A stretch of DNA of 63,034 nucleotides, filler included, from Sphacelaria rigidula (GCA_964200075.2; 4 parts of 4 records of this genome joined end to end with filler, not necessarily neighbours in it); one strand, 5' to 3'. Positions 36,911 to 50,456 are shown, counted from the first letter of the whole stretch. Numbers and translations are program-made. Notes: a model not told the origin generated them from the sequence alone.

Positions 36911-39900
36911 TTTTTGGAGTTCGCCATCTTCGACCTCGACTAACGCTACCAATCCTCAACCCAAAAGTGCCGATGGCGCAACGCTTAGAACTCGGCGACG
37001 AAGCAAAGGATTGGACTGCGGTTTCTTGCGTGCGCTTCCCACATACCCAAGCTTGGTCACGTAGTTACATTTTTGCGTTTGAGTGTGACAGTGAGCCGCA
37101 ACAAACCCATATGTACAAGAAATATGTGTTTTGCGCTCGGGAGGCGGGTGGGGGGGGTGGGGGGGGTTCGGGCCGCTGACGCGACGGCAGCAAAATGTGA
37201 CCCTAGATCCTGTGTGTATGCGAGGGGCTGTTAAGTGCCGTGGTCTGGCTTGCTTCCTGTGTCGAGAACCGCGCAATGTCCAGTGCTATAGCCGTCTCAT
37301 AGTAAACCAGGTTCAAAAGTGATGAAGCGTGCGTTCTGTTCGTGAGGGCCTCGGCACAAGTGTGACCACCTGCTGACGTGTTCATTATTCCTCCGCGTCT
37401 TTGATTATTTTTAGTTTGCCGCTGATGTTTGGTCCTTAGGCCTTCCATTCACACCCATAACTATATTATACCCTGGGGTTCGACGGCACGGCGCTGTTCG
37501 TGAAGGGTAATTCACTGCCTGCCTGTTCTTCGGCTTTTGTATCACGTATGCAATACCACACCCCCGCAGAAAATAATCCTCCGTGTACCGACGTATTTCA
37601 ACGCATCTGTCGAACCATAATGGGGCCCCTAAAAATCTTACTTTCGCAGATATGAATCACCCCGTTTTTGCACAGATTAGGGTTTCTGCAGATTCGGAAA
37701 TTTGAACGATTAGGACATATCACGATTTATACGAGCTGACTCCTCATGAAATGACAGGAGTCAACCTGTATTCAACTGCTGGTCCCGCATGCACCCGATC
37801 GTGGATAACACATGCAGTGCAGTCATCTCAACCGCATACAGACTGGAAGAAAAGTACGACTGATGCAAGGCCAATGTCATGAGAGGATTCAACGATGTGC
37901 CGACTTTTCGTCCCGCACGGGTCAAACGCATGGCATAGATGTAGATGCCACTCATGCCTCATGGTAAGTGTGGGTGGCATGTACAATCGATTCATTCCGC
38001 ATTTTTCTACAGGGGATTCGTATGTGTACATGATCTACCCCATATGACCTGAAGGTAGGAAACAGGTACCGTTGACGGTGTACTGCACGACACAAGAGCT
38101 CAGACCTATACAAATTACAAATGATATACGAATCGTATTATTTATTCATTAGGACGACGAACATGAGTCGAATCACGATTTTGTTTTGTCCTGACCGTGG
38201 AATTTCTCCTCGTACAAGAGGTCTCAGGACCTGATTTTTTCCTCGAGACTGACATGATCATTACGCGGAAAGTAGCGAAAGCAGCCGACGACAAAATGAA
38301 CGCAGAGAGTTGGAGTGATTCGAATTTTCTAGAAAAAACAATGTCATATCTCACTAAGAGGCAAGATGTACTCCGGCCGCTTTTTTTTTTTAACTTTCGT
38401 ATGGATGGTCCTTGTATATTTTTGGCTCGATACCCCCAAAATTGGACAAGGCATTCATTCCACTCTTGTGTGACGTTGCACGATTGCCTACCTTTTGTAA
38501 CTAGTACAGGAGACTTCCACAAAGGCGGCAGGTCAAGAGTTCGACGTCCCACAGATGGTTGTTTTTCTGCAGAATCTGATGCCGTGTTCAAGACAATCTC
38601 TTCTGCGGTGTACTTCTTTCTTTTTCCCTTCTTAGCGCCAAAGTGTACCACCAACAGGTTGGTCTGCAGTTCACAGTGATACACCTGTACCTGGCTGATT
38701 CGGGGAACCGAAACATTATCGCGTGCCGGAGGTATGTGGGTTTCTTCGTTGGCCTGGCTCGTACGGGAAAAACGCGACAAAGAAGCATAGCACCTACACA
38801 TGGAGCCCCGAAGAAACAGTAAGATACCCACCGCTCCCGCGCCCTTGCTCCACCACTCGCTCTTGCTCATCTACACATAGCAGTCTTTGGATGTCGGAAG
38901 TCCGTTCAGTATTGGAGGAAGGGTGGCCGCGTGCGTTTCATTTTCAACATAAGAGTCACCGTTGCCGACCCTCATGTGTAGGAGTTTTCAGCCCGCGCCC
39001 GACACCACGTACTGTTTCTGGTTGAATTCCGAACCGATTTGACCAAAGCAAAGCACAAAGCGCCCGCTGTTGGGCAGCCACGGTTTGAGCTATATATTTT
39101 TTCGTTCGCGGGGGTGGTGGGGCTGTCAGTTCCACGTCTCTTCTTGTTGGGTTGTGTCTCACATGTTTGCATGTGCCCCTTCGGTACTCTTGCTCTACTA
39201 TCGTGCGGCACCGCACGTACGTGCCGCTCGTACAGATAGGGGGGACCGCAAGCATCCCCCAATTTGCACGCAGATCGAGGGAAACTCGAGAAAATATGAA
39301 AAGATTGTAGTCTGGGCTTCCCTAGTCCAGGCTAGACTGACACCTGTACCGGGCATAATTTTAATTTGACCAGTATCAAAATGCGTACAGACCCATATCT
39401 CGTCTGAATCTAAGAACTGATCTACAGTACTCGTAACATCCCAAAGGCCCGGTAACCTAATTGTGGCATTTATTCGATGAAAATTCAAGCACGTTCTCCT
39501 TCGTCTCGTTCTATGGCAATTTAATCTTGCTGCGTACCGTGCGGAGTGGTACGGAGGATTGTCTCGTATTCGTTCCTCGGACATGAACTTGACGTGATTG
39601 TGCGGAGATGGGGCACTGTGCTGTTTTCATTTTTTCGATGCACGAACTCACGAACTTAGCGTGATTCTGCGAAGGTCTTGTTGAAACTAACTGCACTAGC
39701 GCTGTTCCAACGGATATTGTTTTTGTTCCTTTGCTCCCCATGTCACCCCCATAAGGCACAAGAACCGCGCTGAACAGCTCTCATCACTTAACGCAGAACA
39801 CTCGCGAAGATATCATCTCGTTACGTTGCAGATGACAGGTTGCTACTGATAACACCAACTTCAACATGTCATGATAACAAATAACAAACTGCACCATAGC

Positions 39901-40217
39901 AAGAAATGGGAAGTAAACAGCAGGCAACACACACCATGTCACCTGTGGAGATTCCTGTTTTTACACTTTTTTTTTGGGATCCCTCGGGGTGACGGGGGAG
40001 CACTGGTTTACCTGCTTTCATCCTCTAAAAGGGTACCAGCATAAGTGTGAGGAGGCTTGGGCTCTGAGGGCATCGGTACCCGCTCATGAACCAGAGCCCT
40101 AAGCATGTTATGTTGTAGTATTCCAGAGTCAAAATGTGCGGTAACCGCGATCGACTACGCCTTTGGCCGAAGTTGGTTAATGACCAGTAGGTCATGAGTG
40201 CGTTTCACGCTTCACAG

Positions 40218-40346
40218 GTCCCCGACAACGATGATGATCGTACGTTTCGGAGCCCCTTCCAGGCCTGCTCGTCCGAAAGTACCACATGTGTTCCGTTCTG
40301 CGATCGAAATCCGACGCTCGCGTGTGGGGAGCTCTCGCATGCGGAG
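40218..40346 (+). CDS. Candidate upstream exon of the flavoprotein gene (VPDNDDD...ACGELSHAE)
   Basis: Acceptor cttcacag|GTC, donor GAG|gttcag, 129 nt, phase 0/0. Joins in frame to VVVVGAG at 45923. Confidence 0.35.
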
Positions 40347-42204
40347 GTTCAGCTACCTAGTCCGTCCGCAACAAATCACCCATCCACTCACACGGCATCG
40401 GGCGCAACGAGTGCCAACACAAAATGAGTATGCACGCCAAAGCCCGAATTGAGTCGTGCACGCTAATGCTGTACAACTGGCGGAGGGCGAGAGACCAAGC
40501 GGCATCGACCGAAATCTCCCAATACTTTTTGCCGTCGTTTCGTTCGAAAGGGTGCCCGGTACTTGATACCTTGGGGCTTCGCGCGTTGATCTCCCGCTGT
40601 CCTTTTTCCCTAGCATTCTGCCGTTGATAGTCCCGCCAGTGTATGGAATATCGCCAAAGTGCAGGCTTCGATGACCGCTGGTGGGCGTGATGGGCGTTAC
40701 GGAGGGAAATTTCGCGCACTTCAGGCACAAAGTCACAACACCCAACCATACCCAGTAACGCCGCCCGCAGTCCGCACATCTCCATCAAATAGGTCACGCC
40801 GTTCAGCTGTTGAGCAATTCTTGTGTGTGTCTTGACCATATGCGTTTACTTCTCTCGCACGATTACGGGTACTGTTGTGTAATGTATCGTTTTATTCTGT
40901 TCCCACGATGTGACAGCAAAGCCGCCACACCTGAAATGTTGGAAGGCCCATGACTGGCCTTTGTGTGTGGGCCTTGTCATGTCACCCGAAACAAACTGTT
41001 CTTAACCCTCAGCAACAATGAAAATGAATTCGATGGCGTGTTGCCGCCCGAAGGTTCGATGATGTGGGTAGCATGCTAAAAACGAAGAAATTCATCGGTG
41101 GACATTTTACTTGCTGTTGAATTGGGCGTCAGGTGGACCCTTGGCGCTTGTGTCTGAATCGTTCAAGCGGCTTGTGTCGTACGTTCAAAGTCACATTGCT
41201 CAGTATTCCGTGCCCAGCGCCACTGCAGCCGCGGGCTTGTGTGTAGGGGTATGGTCTCGCGCAGATTGTGAAGAAGTGACGATTGCTGCGAAAACCCAGG
41301 GATGGGTACAACCGTGAAGTTTGTAGGGTGGTGTGTGGGCTTGTGGAGTGGTGAATGGCACAGTCAGTACAGTACAAGCACAGCAGTTGCTTGTGGCTGA
41401 CAGGATGGGGCGAGTTGTACCTGTCCGGACTCCGCTGATGGGCTGAGCGAAAGTTGCTGTGGCCTTGCCAAAGTACAGAGGACACCCGTATAGCGAAGGC
41501 ACGGCCGAAGATGGTGTGAGATCCGTCGCCACTGCGTGCAACACGGCTGTAGCAGTGTTTGAATGTACACGCACACCAAGTACGCCATGTTTCTGGCACG
41601 CCCGACATGCCAGCGAAAAAAACAACGAGCGGTCGGAGCTGTAATAACGCACAACTTTATCCTGCACTTCGAGGCGGACATTCTGACAAAAAATAGAATC
41701 GACGTTTTGTGTACAGTGTTCCACTTATGGTGTATGTAAGAAATTCGGCGCTGTAAGGTTCGATCCCTTGGCCGCAAGGATAGGTCGTCTTTCTGGGATA
41801 CATTTTACAAGTGAAAATGGTTCGCACTCACGGGATTATCCACCCCGGTGGGCAAAGGGTTCAAGAGCAACTCAAATCTTTCATGGTACAAGGTTCCCCT
41901 TCGGGAAGTTGGTACGGGCCTCCCGGGGGTGACGAAAGTCGAAAATATAAAATATACTTTGTATTTCTCAGTGCGCTGCAAAAGAAAGCGTGGGGAAAAA
42001 CGCCTTGTTGGCAGAGAAAACTCGGCAAAAGTGGTGAAAAATGCGAAATGATACATGTACATAATATACATGGGTTGAATAGACGAAGAAAAAGCGCGCG
42101 AGTCATCGCTTTGTCCGCGACGATCAAGCAGGTATTTATTGGCTTCCGTGAAAAATAAAGAGAGCAAACAAATACAACTGATGAGGGAGCCTCCTATTAC
42201 ATAA

Positions 42205-42844
42205 AACAATGTTTGGGTGAGATTGAGAGTAGAGGGTACGATTGAGGGTGAGAAGTGGTCAATGAATGAATAAATCGTTTCAGTTCCGAAATGCTCCTCC
42301 GCGAGGCCCGATATGCTTTCTGTAGGCCTCCAGTAGACCCTACAAACTGTACGTAAACAATGGTTGGTGGTACTCGATTTTACTTGATTCCAGACTCGAG
42401 AAGGTTCTGAAAAAATCGTGGTCTGGGGCAGGTGAGCAGTGGTGAGAAGTAGACCCAGCTCGTCCAGAACGTGTTTTGGTCCAAAATCAGCTGAAGGGCG
42501 TCGATTTGAGCTCTGGCAACGCACGCTTTGCCCAGGGAACACCTTGCACCCCTCTCGCCCGAGGGTTCGCGCTATACCGTGGTCGGGGTTAGGGTGAGCG
42601 TTAGAATTGGCGGCATCTCCATCGTACCAACCATTGTTTACATACAGTCCGTAAGGTCGCCTCTTCTGTAGTAGCATGCCACCGACGCCCTTGATATCCC
42701 TGAGTAGGATATCGATGTGTTACTATAAGCACAAGCCGGTGATGGAGGCAAACCAAAGCACGCACGGAATAAAAAAACGGGCAAGTTAGATCGAATGACT
42801 AAAGCCACTCTCAATCAGCGCTCTACTCTCAATCTCACGTTGTT
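42205..42844 (-). mobile_element. MITE family A copy interrupted by MITE family B
   Basis: Termini gtgagattgagagtaga / tctactctcaatctcac. The interior matches 2535-2835 once 42326-42663 is removed. Confidence 0.8.
42326..42663 (-). mobile_element. MITE family B
   Basis: 8-bp direct repeat TTCTGTAG at 42318-42325 and 42664-42671. Subterminal IRs ..tgtacgtaaacaatggttggt / accaaccattgtttacataca... Homologous to 10461-10781. Confidence 0.8.
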
Positions 42845-42929
42845 ACAGGTCACGTACGATTTCGAATGCACACATTTGGCCACAATTCACCCATCATATC
42901 ATATACCCTTATTTTCCAATGTGATGATT

Positions 42930-43115
42930 GGTACTCGATTTTACTTGATTTCAGACTGAAAAAAGTTTTGAGATAGTCTATGATTTGGGGCAGGTGAGCA
43001 GTGATGAGCAGTAGACCCAGGTCGTCCAGAACGTGTTTTGGTCCAAAATCGGCTCAACGGCGTCGATTTGAGCTCTCGAAAGGCGTCTACTTGAGCTTTC
43101 GCAACGCACGCTTTA
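42930..43115 (-). mobile_element. MITE family B, partial copy
   Basis: ggtactcgattttacttgatt..gtccagaacgtgttttggtccaaaatc repeats 42369-42530. Confidence 0.75.
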
Positions 43116-43672
43116 CGTAAGGCCTTCATCATCGTCAAATGAAAAAAATGGGAGGTCTGAATTGCCGGCAATAGCCTAGGGCTCGTTATTATCTAAATTT
43201 ACTGTTGCTGTTAGATATCTCATTACATATGGTGCTGTTATCGTCGTTTTCTTGCCTTCGCCAGCGAAATAAAGGGCAGGGTTATGCTACCTGCCGTGTA
43301 TTGCGTTCATAACTGTGGCGAAGATATCTGTCACAACTTCTCTGTGACACGGGGGAGCAGTCGGACAGGCTAGGGCGTGATCGACTGGCTCTCTCGGGAT
43401 GCTGCAGGAGCAGACATGAGTAAAAATACCGACTGTAGAAAGCCCCGTGCATAAATTGCAGCATGCTTGCTCTCCGTGAGTCCTATGCGCAGATGCACCA
43501 AATAGAACCACCAGCTATACACTTTTCATACGGTGCAGTAGCGTACACTCGAAGCAGCACTGCAGGCAAGTGGGTAATTACTGGGGTTCGTGGCATCTCC
43601 ATAGTACCAACCATTGCTTACGTACATTTCTTCAGGTCCCCTCTGTGAAATACTTGTGTTGGGATGCATCCT

Positions 43673-43800
43673 TGTCACAAGGGCATATCTGTCATCCCTG
43701 TCACAAGGGCATATCTGTCATCCCTGTCACAAGGGCATATCTGTGCCTGTCATCGCTGTCACAAAGACAAATATGTCAACCCTGTCACAAGGATATCCCT
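43673..43800. repeat. 26-bp minisatellite (tgtcacaagggcatatctgtcatccc), about 5 units
   Basis: Direct tandem copies that degenerate toward the 3' end. Confidence 0.9.
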
Positions 43801-45922
43801 GTGCCTACGCTTCACAGGTACATCCTACGGGTTTCATGATCACAGGGATTTCGGCACCCCCCTTTGCTGGTCAATACAGGTGATCTGCGCACGTGTGTGC
43901 CTTGTTCAGCTCGTCAAAGGCTCACCGCACAGTCTGGTGTTTGCTGCTGACTAAGGCCAAGGCAATGTTCGAATGTTTTCAACTTCATTGCTCTCATGTT
44001 CTCGTGACATTGGCGGCATAAGCGGTGTACTCGTGCACCCAAATTAACGAGGACGCGACGAAGAGAAACACAGGGGAAAAATACCCCGCCAACAATCATC
44101 CTGCTGCTTGAATTTTTTCATTAGCTTGGGAAGGCTTTTGTTGTTCGGGATCGACACCCCGCGAGAAAGAGCCAGTGCGGGCGACTTTCGATGGCCATAA
44201 CATGCGCCACAGGTATCAGATGACACCCAAACCTGAGAGGTAATGTACCGCTGCGCCTTCTTCGTGCACTGCAAAAGAAAGCGCGTGATAAGATAGATGC
44301 CTTACCGCCAGAGGAAACTCGGCAAAAGTGGTGAAAAAAGTGATATGATACATGTACATATAAACGACGAGTCCATAATCTCGTTGCAGTTTTTTTGACA
44401 CTCGAGGTTAAGGTAAAAATTCATCTAGAAATCTCACATCTATCTTGGCGTAGCTTTCCGGGAGTCCTCCCTGGAAAAACACATACATGACACCAACAAC
44501 GAGGACACCAAAGAGCAACGAGGAGGCAATGGGAACTGCGCCCACGCGACTTCCGAGTGACGCAGCGACATCAGGATCTACCCCTTCTACGCACCCCTCC
44601 AGACTTGATTTTAGATCACAAGTGCTCCTGTAGATCGCAAACCTCTCGCATTCGAAGTATCGAAGTCCGAGACCGAAAGTGGGTTGCTGGCGATGACTTT
44701 CAAGAACTTGAAGTTGTTCTACTTCGAGGCAAGAGTAGGCAAGTTCTCCTTCTGCGCAAGGTGATTTCCCCGGCCGATCGAGTCTCCGCCTTTCCCCGCC
44801 GGAGTCTCTACGGCATCTCGCCGTTGCCACGTGCAGGTGCCAAGTGCAAGCAACCTGTTCGTTGTTGACCCCTCTCCTTTGCATCGCGTGTTTTTTTACG
44901 CCCCGGGGCAGTGGTGCTTCATATTAAGCGTCGTATCTTGAACATACGCCATCGTGTCGTCCTGTTGTCACCCCTTCCCCCCCCGGCGTGGGGGACGAAA
45001 TTATTCCGGATCTTGGTATTACCACGTGTGGACTAGCAACTTCAGCGTTGGGGCGATGCTGCTGTGGGCCCATCTGCGCTCTCTGTGCCTAATATTGTAA
45101 ACAAGATAATCCGTACGTCAAGGTAAACCCGTATCAAAACGCATGCGAAGCCTGCAGAGTAGAGGCCGGAGCCGTGCGGCGAAATGCTTGAATATTGTGT
45201 AATCTACGTGGGTTGACGGCCAACAGTCAGCCCATTGTTGACGGCAATACCGGTGGAGAAAATGGTAGATCCAGGGTACCGTGGAGCGAAGGTCTCGACT
45301 TGCAATGATGCTCCCGTCGTCGTATCTTCCGGTAGATTGTAGGGCTTGTTTAGCCTATCTACATGGCAAGCTGGCCATTTCGGAGGCGATGAGGTGCTGG
45401 TTTCCCGACGTCTCGCTCATTTTGTCGTTAGACACTCTTGAAGAACTTCCAACGTGCTTCTGGCCTGATCTGGTCACTCTTGCTTCTGTCCGTGATATTA
45501 CTTTGAACCCTCTCTTTACTCGGGAGGAGTGAGAAATCTCGAAGGATTCGCCCATCTCTCCCCCCGTACCTGCCTTCATGCAGCTTGCGCGTCATCCATC
45601 GAGCATCGAAGAGGAACTCTGGCGGCCGGTCAACCTTCATGGAATGTTTTGCCAAATATCGTCCGCACGTTTTCGGTTGACGAAAGCTAGACAAGTGACT
45701 CTTCTGCCGGAGTGTGAGCCCACAATATCCGTCCTCAAATGAGCGTTAATGTACCCCTCTGACCACTGGGCGCGGCGGCAAACGTTCCACCCGTTTGCCC
45801 TACAATCAGTTGAGCGCGGTGAGTCTCAGATCGACAAAATGTGCGTGTCTTCTTTTTTTCTTCACACATCGAGGCAATTTGACTACTTCTGACACAAGCG
45901 CGGAAAATTGAAACAAATACAG

Positions 45923-46039
45923 GTCGTGGTCGTCGGCGCCGGCATGGCCGGCTTGGTTACCACGAAGGAGCTCCGGCGCAGAGGCTGGCCTCGGGACAGA
46001 GTAGTACTATTGGAGGCAACGTCCACCATTGGCGGAAGG
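45923..46039 (+). CDS. FAD-binding (Rossmann) exon of a flavin-dependent amine-oxidase-type oxidoreductase; rest of gene not found in this contig
   Basis: Encodes VVVVGAGMAGLVTTKELRRRGWPRDRVVLLEATSTIGGR (GxGxxG...LEA...GGR). Acceptor aatacag|GTC, donor AGG|gtgaga. Confidence 0.85.
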
Positions 46040-47179
46040 GTGAGAAGAGATGAGGCCTTGTCTCGAGTTGATTCGCACACGGTTGGAATTTCGCCTTCAG
46101 AGCAACCTGAGGCCATGTTTTTGCTAGTCTCGCGTGTGGCATGTTGGTAGAGTTGTGTGACGGTGTCGACAACATCGCTGTATTGGGGCGATTTGTTATA
46201 TGACGGATCGATTGTTTGCCATTACCACCTAAACACGGTGATCTACACACCACTCTCCAGTTGAGAAAGACATGCTGTCGGTGAAAATTATATGTATGTG
46301 CAGAGTTTTCTAATGTGGGCTGTATAGCGCAGCCCCGTCAGGCCTTTGTACAGTCTGATGGCGGGGACGCAACAACTGGCGGTTTCGCGAGATGTCGGCA
46401 TATCCGCTGTGCCAATCTGGCGATATCTATGTCACTGCCTTTTCTGTCGACGTACAGTATCGTTTAATGAAGTTGTAAGGATAGTTTATCTGTAGTTCAG
46501 CATGTTGAAAGCTTTTAGCCGCGTGCTCGCCTCGTGATCGCGCTCTTTTTTTCGATCTCCACTTCGGTTGGACCGCTTGTGTGTGGACATCAAGATACAG
46601 ATACAAGAACTGGTATCAGATGTTGGGCAGATCAGAAGACAAATGTGGATCATGTTCACAATAACCTAGGTAATCGTTTTGAGTATTGTCGTACGGTAGC
46701 TTGTCGATACCATCTTGCAACAATCCGAAACAAGAATCTGCTGCCACCGCGCCTAGTTGGCCTTGGTGACTTGAGATTCGATACTCGGATCAATTATCAG
46801 CTCCACTCAAGCCCCTTGTATCTACTTTTGTGTCCCGTCGGTATATTTATCAAAACAATCGGTTGAATACTCGCAGTCCAACATGGGGTAGAACCAGAAG
46901 CAGCGAACACATTTTTTTTACCAACTTGCTTGAATACACACCGTACTCGAAAGCGCTAAAGGTGAAGTTTTTGGAGCTGTGGGATTTTCGCAAAATGGAA
47001 AGAACACCCTGTTGTGTGGGGGGAGTTACGTGTGTGTAAAATAAAGACACAAGCGACGACTCGGGAACTACGGAACTGCTGCACACACCAGTCACCAACC
47101 AAAGGCGCGGAAGGACAAGTGGCACTCACCCACGGGCGTGTCTGTATGGGCCGCCCCCCACCTCATGCACTGTGTAGAC

Positions 47180-47258
47180 AGTAGGGAGAAAACGATGGCT
47201 ATACTAGGGGATAGATGGTGGCCAGAGACGGCGAAACAGGACGTGGATAAGATATGTA
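47180..47258 (+). mobile_element. Probable LINE 3' coding fragment at contig end
   Basis: Translates as REKTMAILGDRWWPETAKQDVDKIC, resembling an abundant brown-algal LINE tail. This is recognition from memory, not a search result. Confidence 0.4.
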
Positions 47259-47358
47259 NNNNNNNNNNNNNNNNNNNNNNNNNNNNNNNNNNNNNNNNNN
47301 NNTTAATTAATTAANNNNNNNNNNNNNNNNNNNNNNNNNNNNNNNNNNNNNNNNNNNN
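47259..47358. other. Artificial contig linker (N44-TTAATTAATTAA-N44)
   Basis: Same 100-bp spacer. Confidence 0.98.
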
Positions 47359-49380
47359 CTCGACTACCATAATGGTTACCGGAAAAAAAACGCAAGCGCG
47401 CAAAAAAGAACTCGGTAACCTGGTTGCCTCGCTTACGCAGTGAGTGGCGTGTTTTACAGCGTCATCGCCAACCGACACCAACCCCATCGAGGGTCTAGCA
47501 CAACGACGGGGGGGGGGCGATGAAGCTCCTGAACTCCCAAGGACGGAGCTACGCCTTCTTGCACTCGACGATGTGTTGTCTCTGCTTCCCCAAATGGCAG
47601 GCCGCACGCGTAGTGTGACGAGAGCGGCAGCTGATCGGGAAAAGCTAGCATCGGCAATCGGAGAGCTGCAGGAAATCCTGGCGTGGCAGAGCGGGGAATA
47701 CGTTTCCCGCGTGATGGCGAGAGCTGAAGCGGAAACCATACGGTATGGAATGGCGGAAGATAGGTGCGGGATGACGAACCTGATCACTGCAGCAGCCGGA
47801 CCAGAGATGAGAGGCAGCGCGGCCATGATGAACAAGAAGAATTTTGCTGAGCAAGAGTATTTTTGTTTCTCGGCTGGAAACACGGTAGAGGGAGAGCCCA
47901 GCTTTGGTTGGCGTTCCCCCATCGGTCTTCACGTGAGAGATGTAGAGAGCCCCCCCGTAACAGTAGAAGACGTGGAAAAGTCGGAATACAAAGAAATATG
48001 GTTGAGTGATAAGTGTGCAAAGTTGAATGGGCACAAAAACGCCGGTACGTTTTCGAGTGATGATATCCCAGGAGGGGTACACATCATAACAGCAAAGTGG
48101 GTGTTCAGTTGGAAAACCTAGGCTAACGGCATAATCACCAAAGCGAAGGCATGAATTGTTGCGCGTGGGTTTGGCCAAAGATTTGACGTAAACTACTTCG
48201 AGACTATTGCAGCCACTCCAGCCATGACATCAATAACGCTGGTCATGGCCGTTGCGGTACAGGAAGGATGGCCACTGTATCATTTGGACGCCACCTAGAC
48301 TTTCGTACGAGCAAAAATGGACACAAATGTGTTCATGAAGCTCCCAGACGGGTGTGCCCCCCTAATGGCTTATACAGTAAGACTCGAAAAGTCCATATAT
48401 ATATATGGCGTTAAGCAGGCTGAAGGCAACAGTCCCTCCTCCTCAATAAACCTCTGACGGAGGACGCAGAGGTGTCGCAAAGTAATACCGACTCTTGCGT
48501 ATACCAGCAGGAGGAAAGGGGGAGTGTATTTGTCGTACTAGTTGTGCATGCAGACGGAATCTTGATTGGGGGTGAACAGAAAGATTAGAGAAAGTCTGTG
48601 ATATCCTCAACAAAAGATTACCTACAAACAACCAAGGTGAAGTCCAGTGGTATATGAGGTGTGCCATCGAGAGGGACTGGAAAAGAGGTACCAAGTGCGG
48701 AAACCCGACGACCTTCATCGACACCTTGTTGAAGAGATTCAAAGTCACGGATAATTCTGACATTCCTGCCTCAGTATCAGAAGACTTGGGACCGGTCAAG
48801 CATGGAGACACAGTGGTGAATAAGCCATACTGGAGTGCCGTAGGGGAACTGATGTGGTTGGCTGGGGTGACCAGGCCTAATGTAGCCAATGCTACCCGGG
48901 ACCTGGCCCGACAATCCCATGACTCATGAAAGACACGGGCGATGATGTCGGAAGTATTGGCTTACTTGAATAGGACTTAAAACTACGGTCTGACGTTCAG
49001 CTCAGGAGAGAGTGTGCTTTCGGTGTACTGCGATGCTGACTATGCGAAGAAAGAGGCAGATAGGTGTCCTCGTTTGTTTGTTCTCAGAGCCTTGAGTGCT
49101 GAGGTATCAGATCAGGGGGGGTGTTCGAGTTAGTCAGATACACCCAGTCATACTGGATCTACATAAAACAGGGGATCGGGTTGACGTATGAGTATTGACA
49201 ATCAAGTGTGTGCAAATGTGGTGCAGTGCAGCTGCCGCGCCGTACAGGCGGCCCCCAGCCGACCACTCTTCGGCTTCTCCCCTTTCTCCTACACTCTCCC
49301 GAGATATAGGATTACTTGGGTGTAACGATGACATCACCATTGTCATCCTAGGCGACGTGCACCAAAGTATTCATCCAACA
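47359..49380 (+). mobile_element. Ty1/copia LTR retrotransposon, decayed 3' half (RT, start of RNase H, PPT, 3' LTR)
   Basis: Motifs IITAKWVFSWK, KA*IVARGFGQ, GWPLYHLDA, LEKSIY/YGVKQA, PYWSAVGELMWLAGVTRPNVANA and VYCDADYA, with stops and frameshifts. Confidence 0.93.
49122..49380 (+). repeat. Copia 3' LTR (TGTT...AACA), preceded by PPT AGGGGGGG at 49114-49121
   Basis: Polypurine tract directly before TG, terminal inverted tetranucleotide, and gypsy integrase sequence starting immediately after. Confidence 0.75.
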
Positions 49381-50456
49381 TTCACCTTGAGCATACGAAT
49401 GCGGATATACAAGACGAAATCGCGAACTGCGAACTTGGGCAACATAGCCTGGCCCTGAGCAAGCCTCCGTTTGATTTCGGGAGACACCACGACAGCAGAT
49501 TACACTTCGTTACAAAACCGCACTTACTCGTCAACCACGCCTCGAACCTTGTCACGCAACGTATCAGCATCCATGGCATCGACGTTCCACTGGCCGCCAG
49601 TGACAGAAGCCAGCGCGGAAACCGCTGTACGCGGTGCACGCCCAAACATCACACAATGCGGAGTGTCACGGTAGCGTTCATGAAAAGAAGTATCTAGCGC
49701 CCACTGAGACGCTGGCAAAACATCAACCCATTCAGACACCGGCCGTCTTTGTCCTGACAAAATGGACCGCAACGCACGAACAACCTCTTTCACCATGCGT
49801 TTACAAGCACCATCCACCAAGGGATATACGCAACAGCAAATTGGTTTGCACCTTGAGCGCGTCGCTCAGCTGCGCAATCATTGGACTCTTGAAGTGCGTG
49901 GCGATGTCACTAACCCACATACGCCGCACCCCCGAAGTCTTGCACCAATGCATCAAGTGCTTAGCCGTACCCTTGACGGTGCAAGCCTCGGTCGGCTCCA
50001 ACCAAACGAAATTGGACAAATCATCCATGAGAACCAAAACGTACCGAAAACCATCCTCATCATGAAAACCATTAGCACCTTCAGGTCTGCTACTTCCGAC
50101 GTACAGAAAATCAAAGTGAACAACTTCACCTGGCGCAGTACCATGCACAGTATCGCCATACGAACGAGGTACAATCTCACCAGCACGAGTGTCTACACAA
50201 TGAAGCACTGGCGAATGATCTCGCGAACGTGGGAATCCATGTGAGGCCACTCACAATATTCTTTCGAACGAAGTAGAGTCGGCGCCACACCACGGTGACC
50301 AGCCGACCGCATGTGAGCGCACACCAAGAAGCGAGCTTTTGGAACCTTCATCAACCGACGGAATCCACAAAACATCACTACTGCCAACACGCACGTGAAA
50401 CAAACCATCGTCAGCCAAGGCAGCTTGACCGAGAGTCGTGGGAAAAGAACGAACAC
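49381..50456 (-). pseudogene. Gypsy integrase, truncated by the copia insertion
   Basis: HHCC-like AHMRSAGHRG..WPHM..RQC, core VVHFDFLYV, YVLVLMDDLSNFVWL and WVSDIATHF, and C-terminal LPKFAVRDFVL. Confidence 0.92.

Noticed and set aside
38142..38870. 242-aa minus ORF and overlapping 160-aa plus ORF
   Set aside because: No recognisable domain or splice pattern. It shares a short segment with ~33580-33610, suggesting a repeat relic.
41805..42677. 290-aa ORF, the longest in the track
   Set aside because: Largely built from nested MITE A and B sequence and other repeats; no protein motif.
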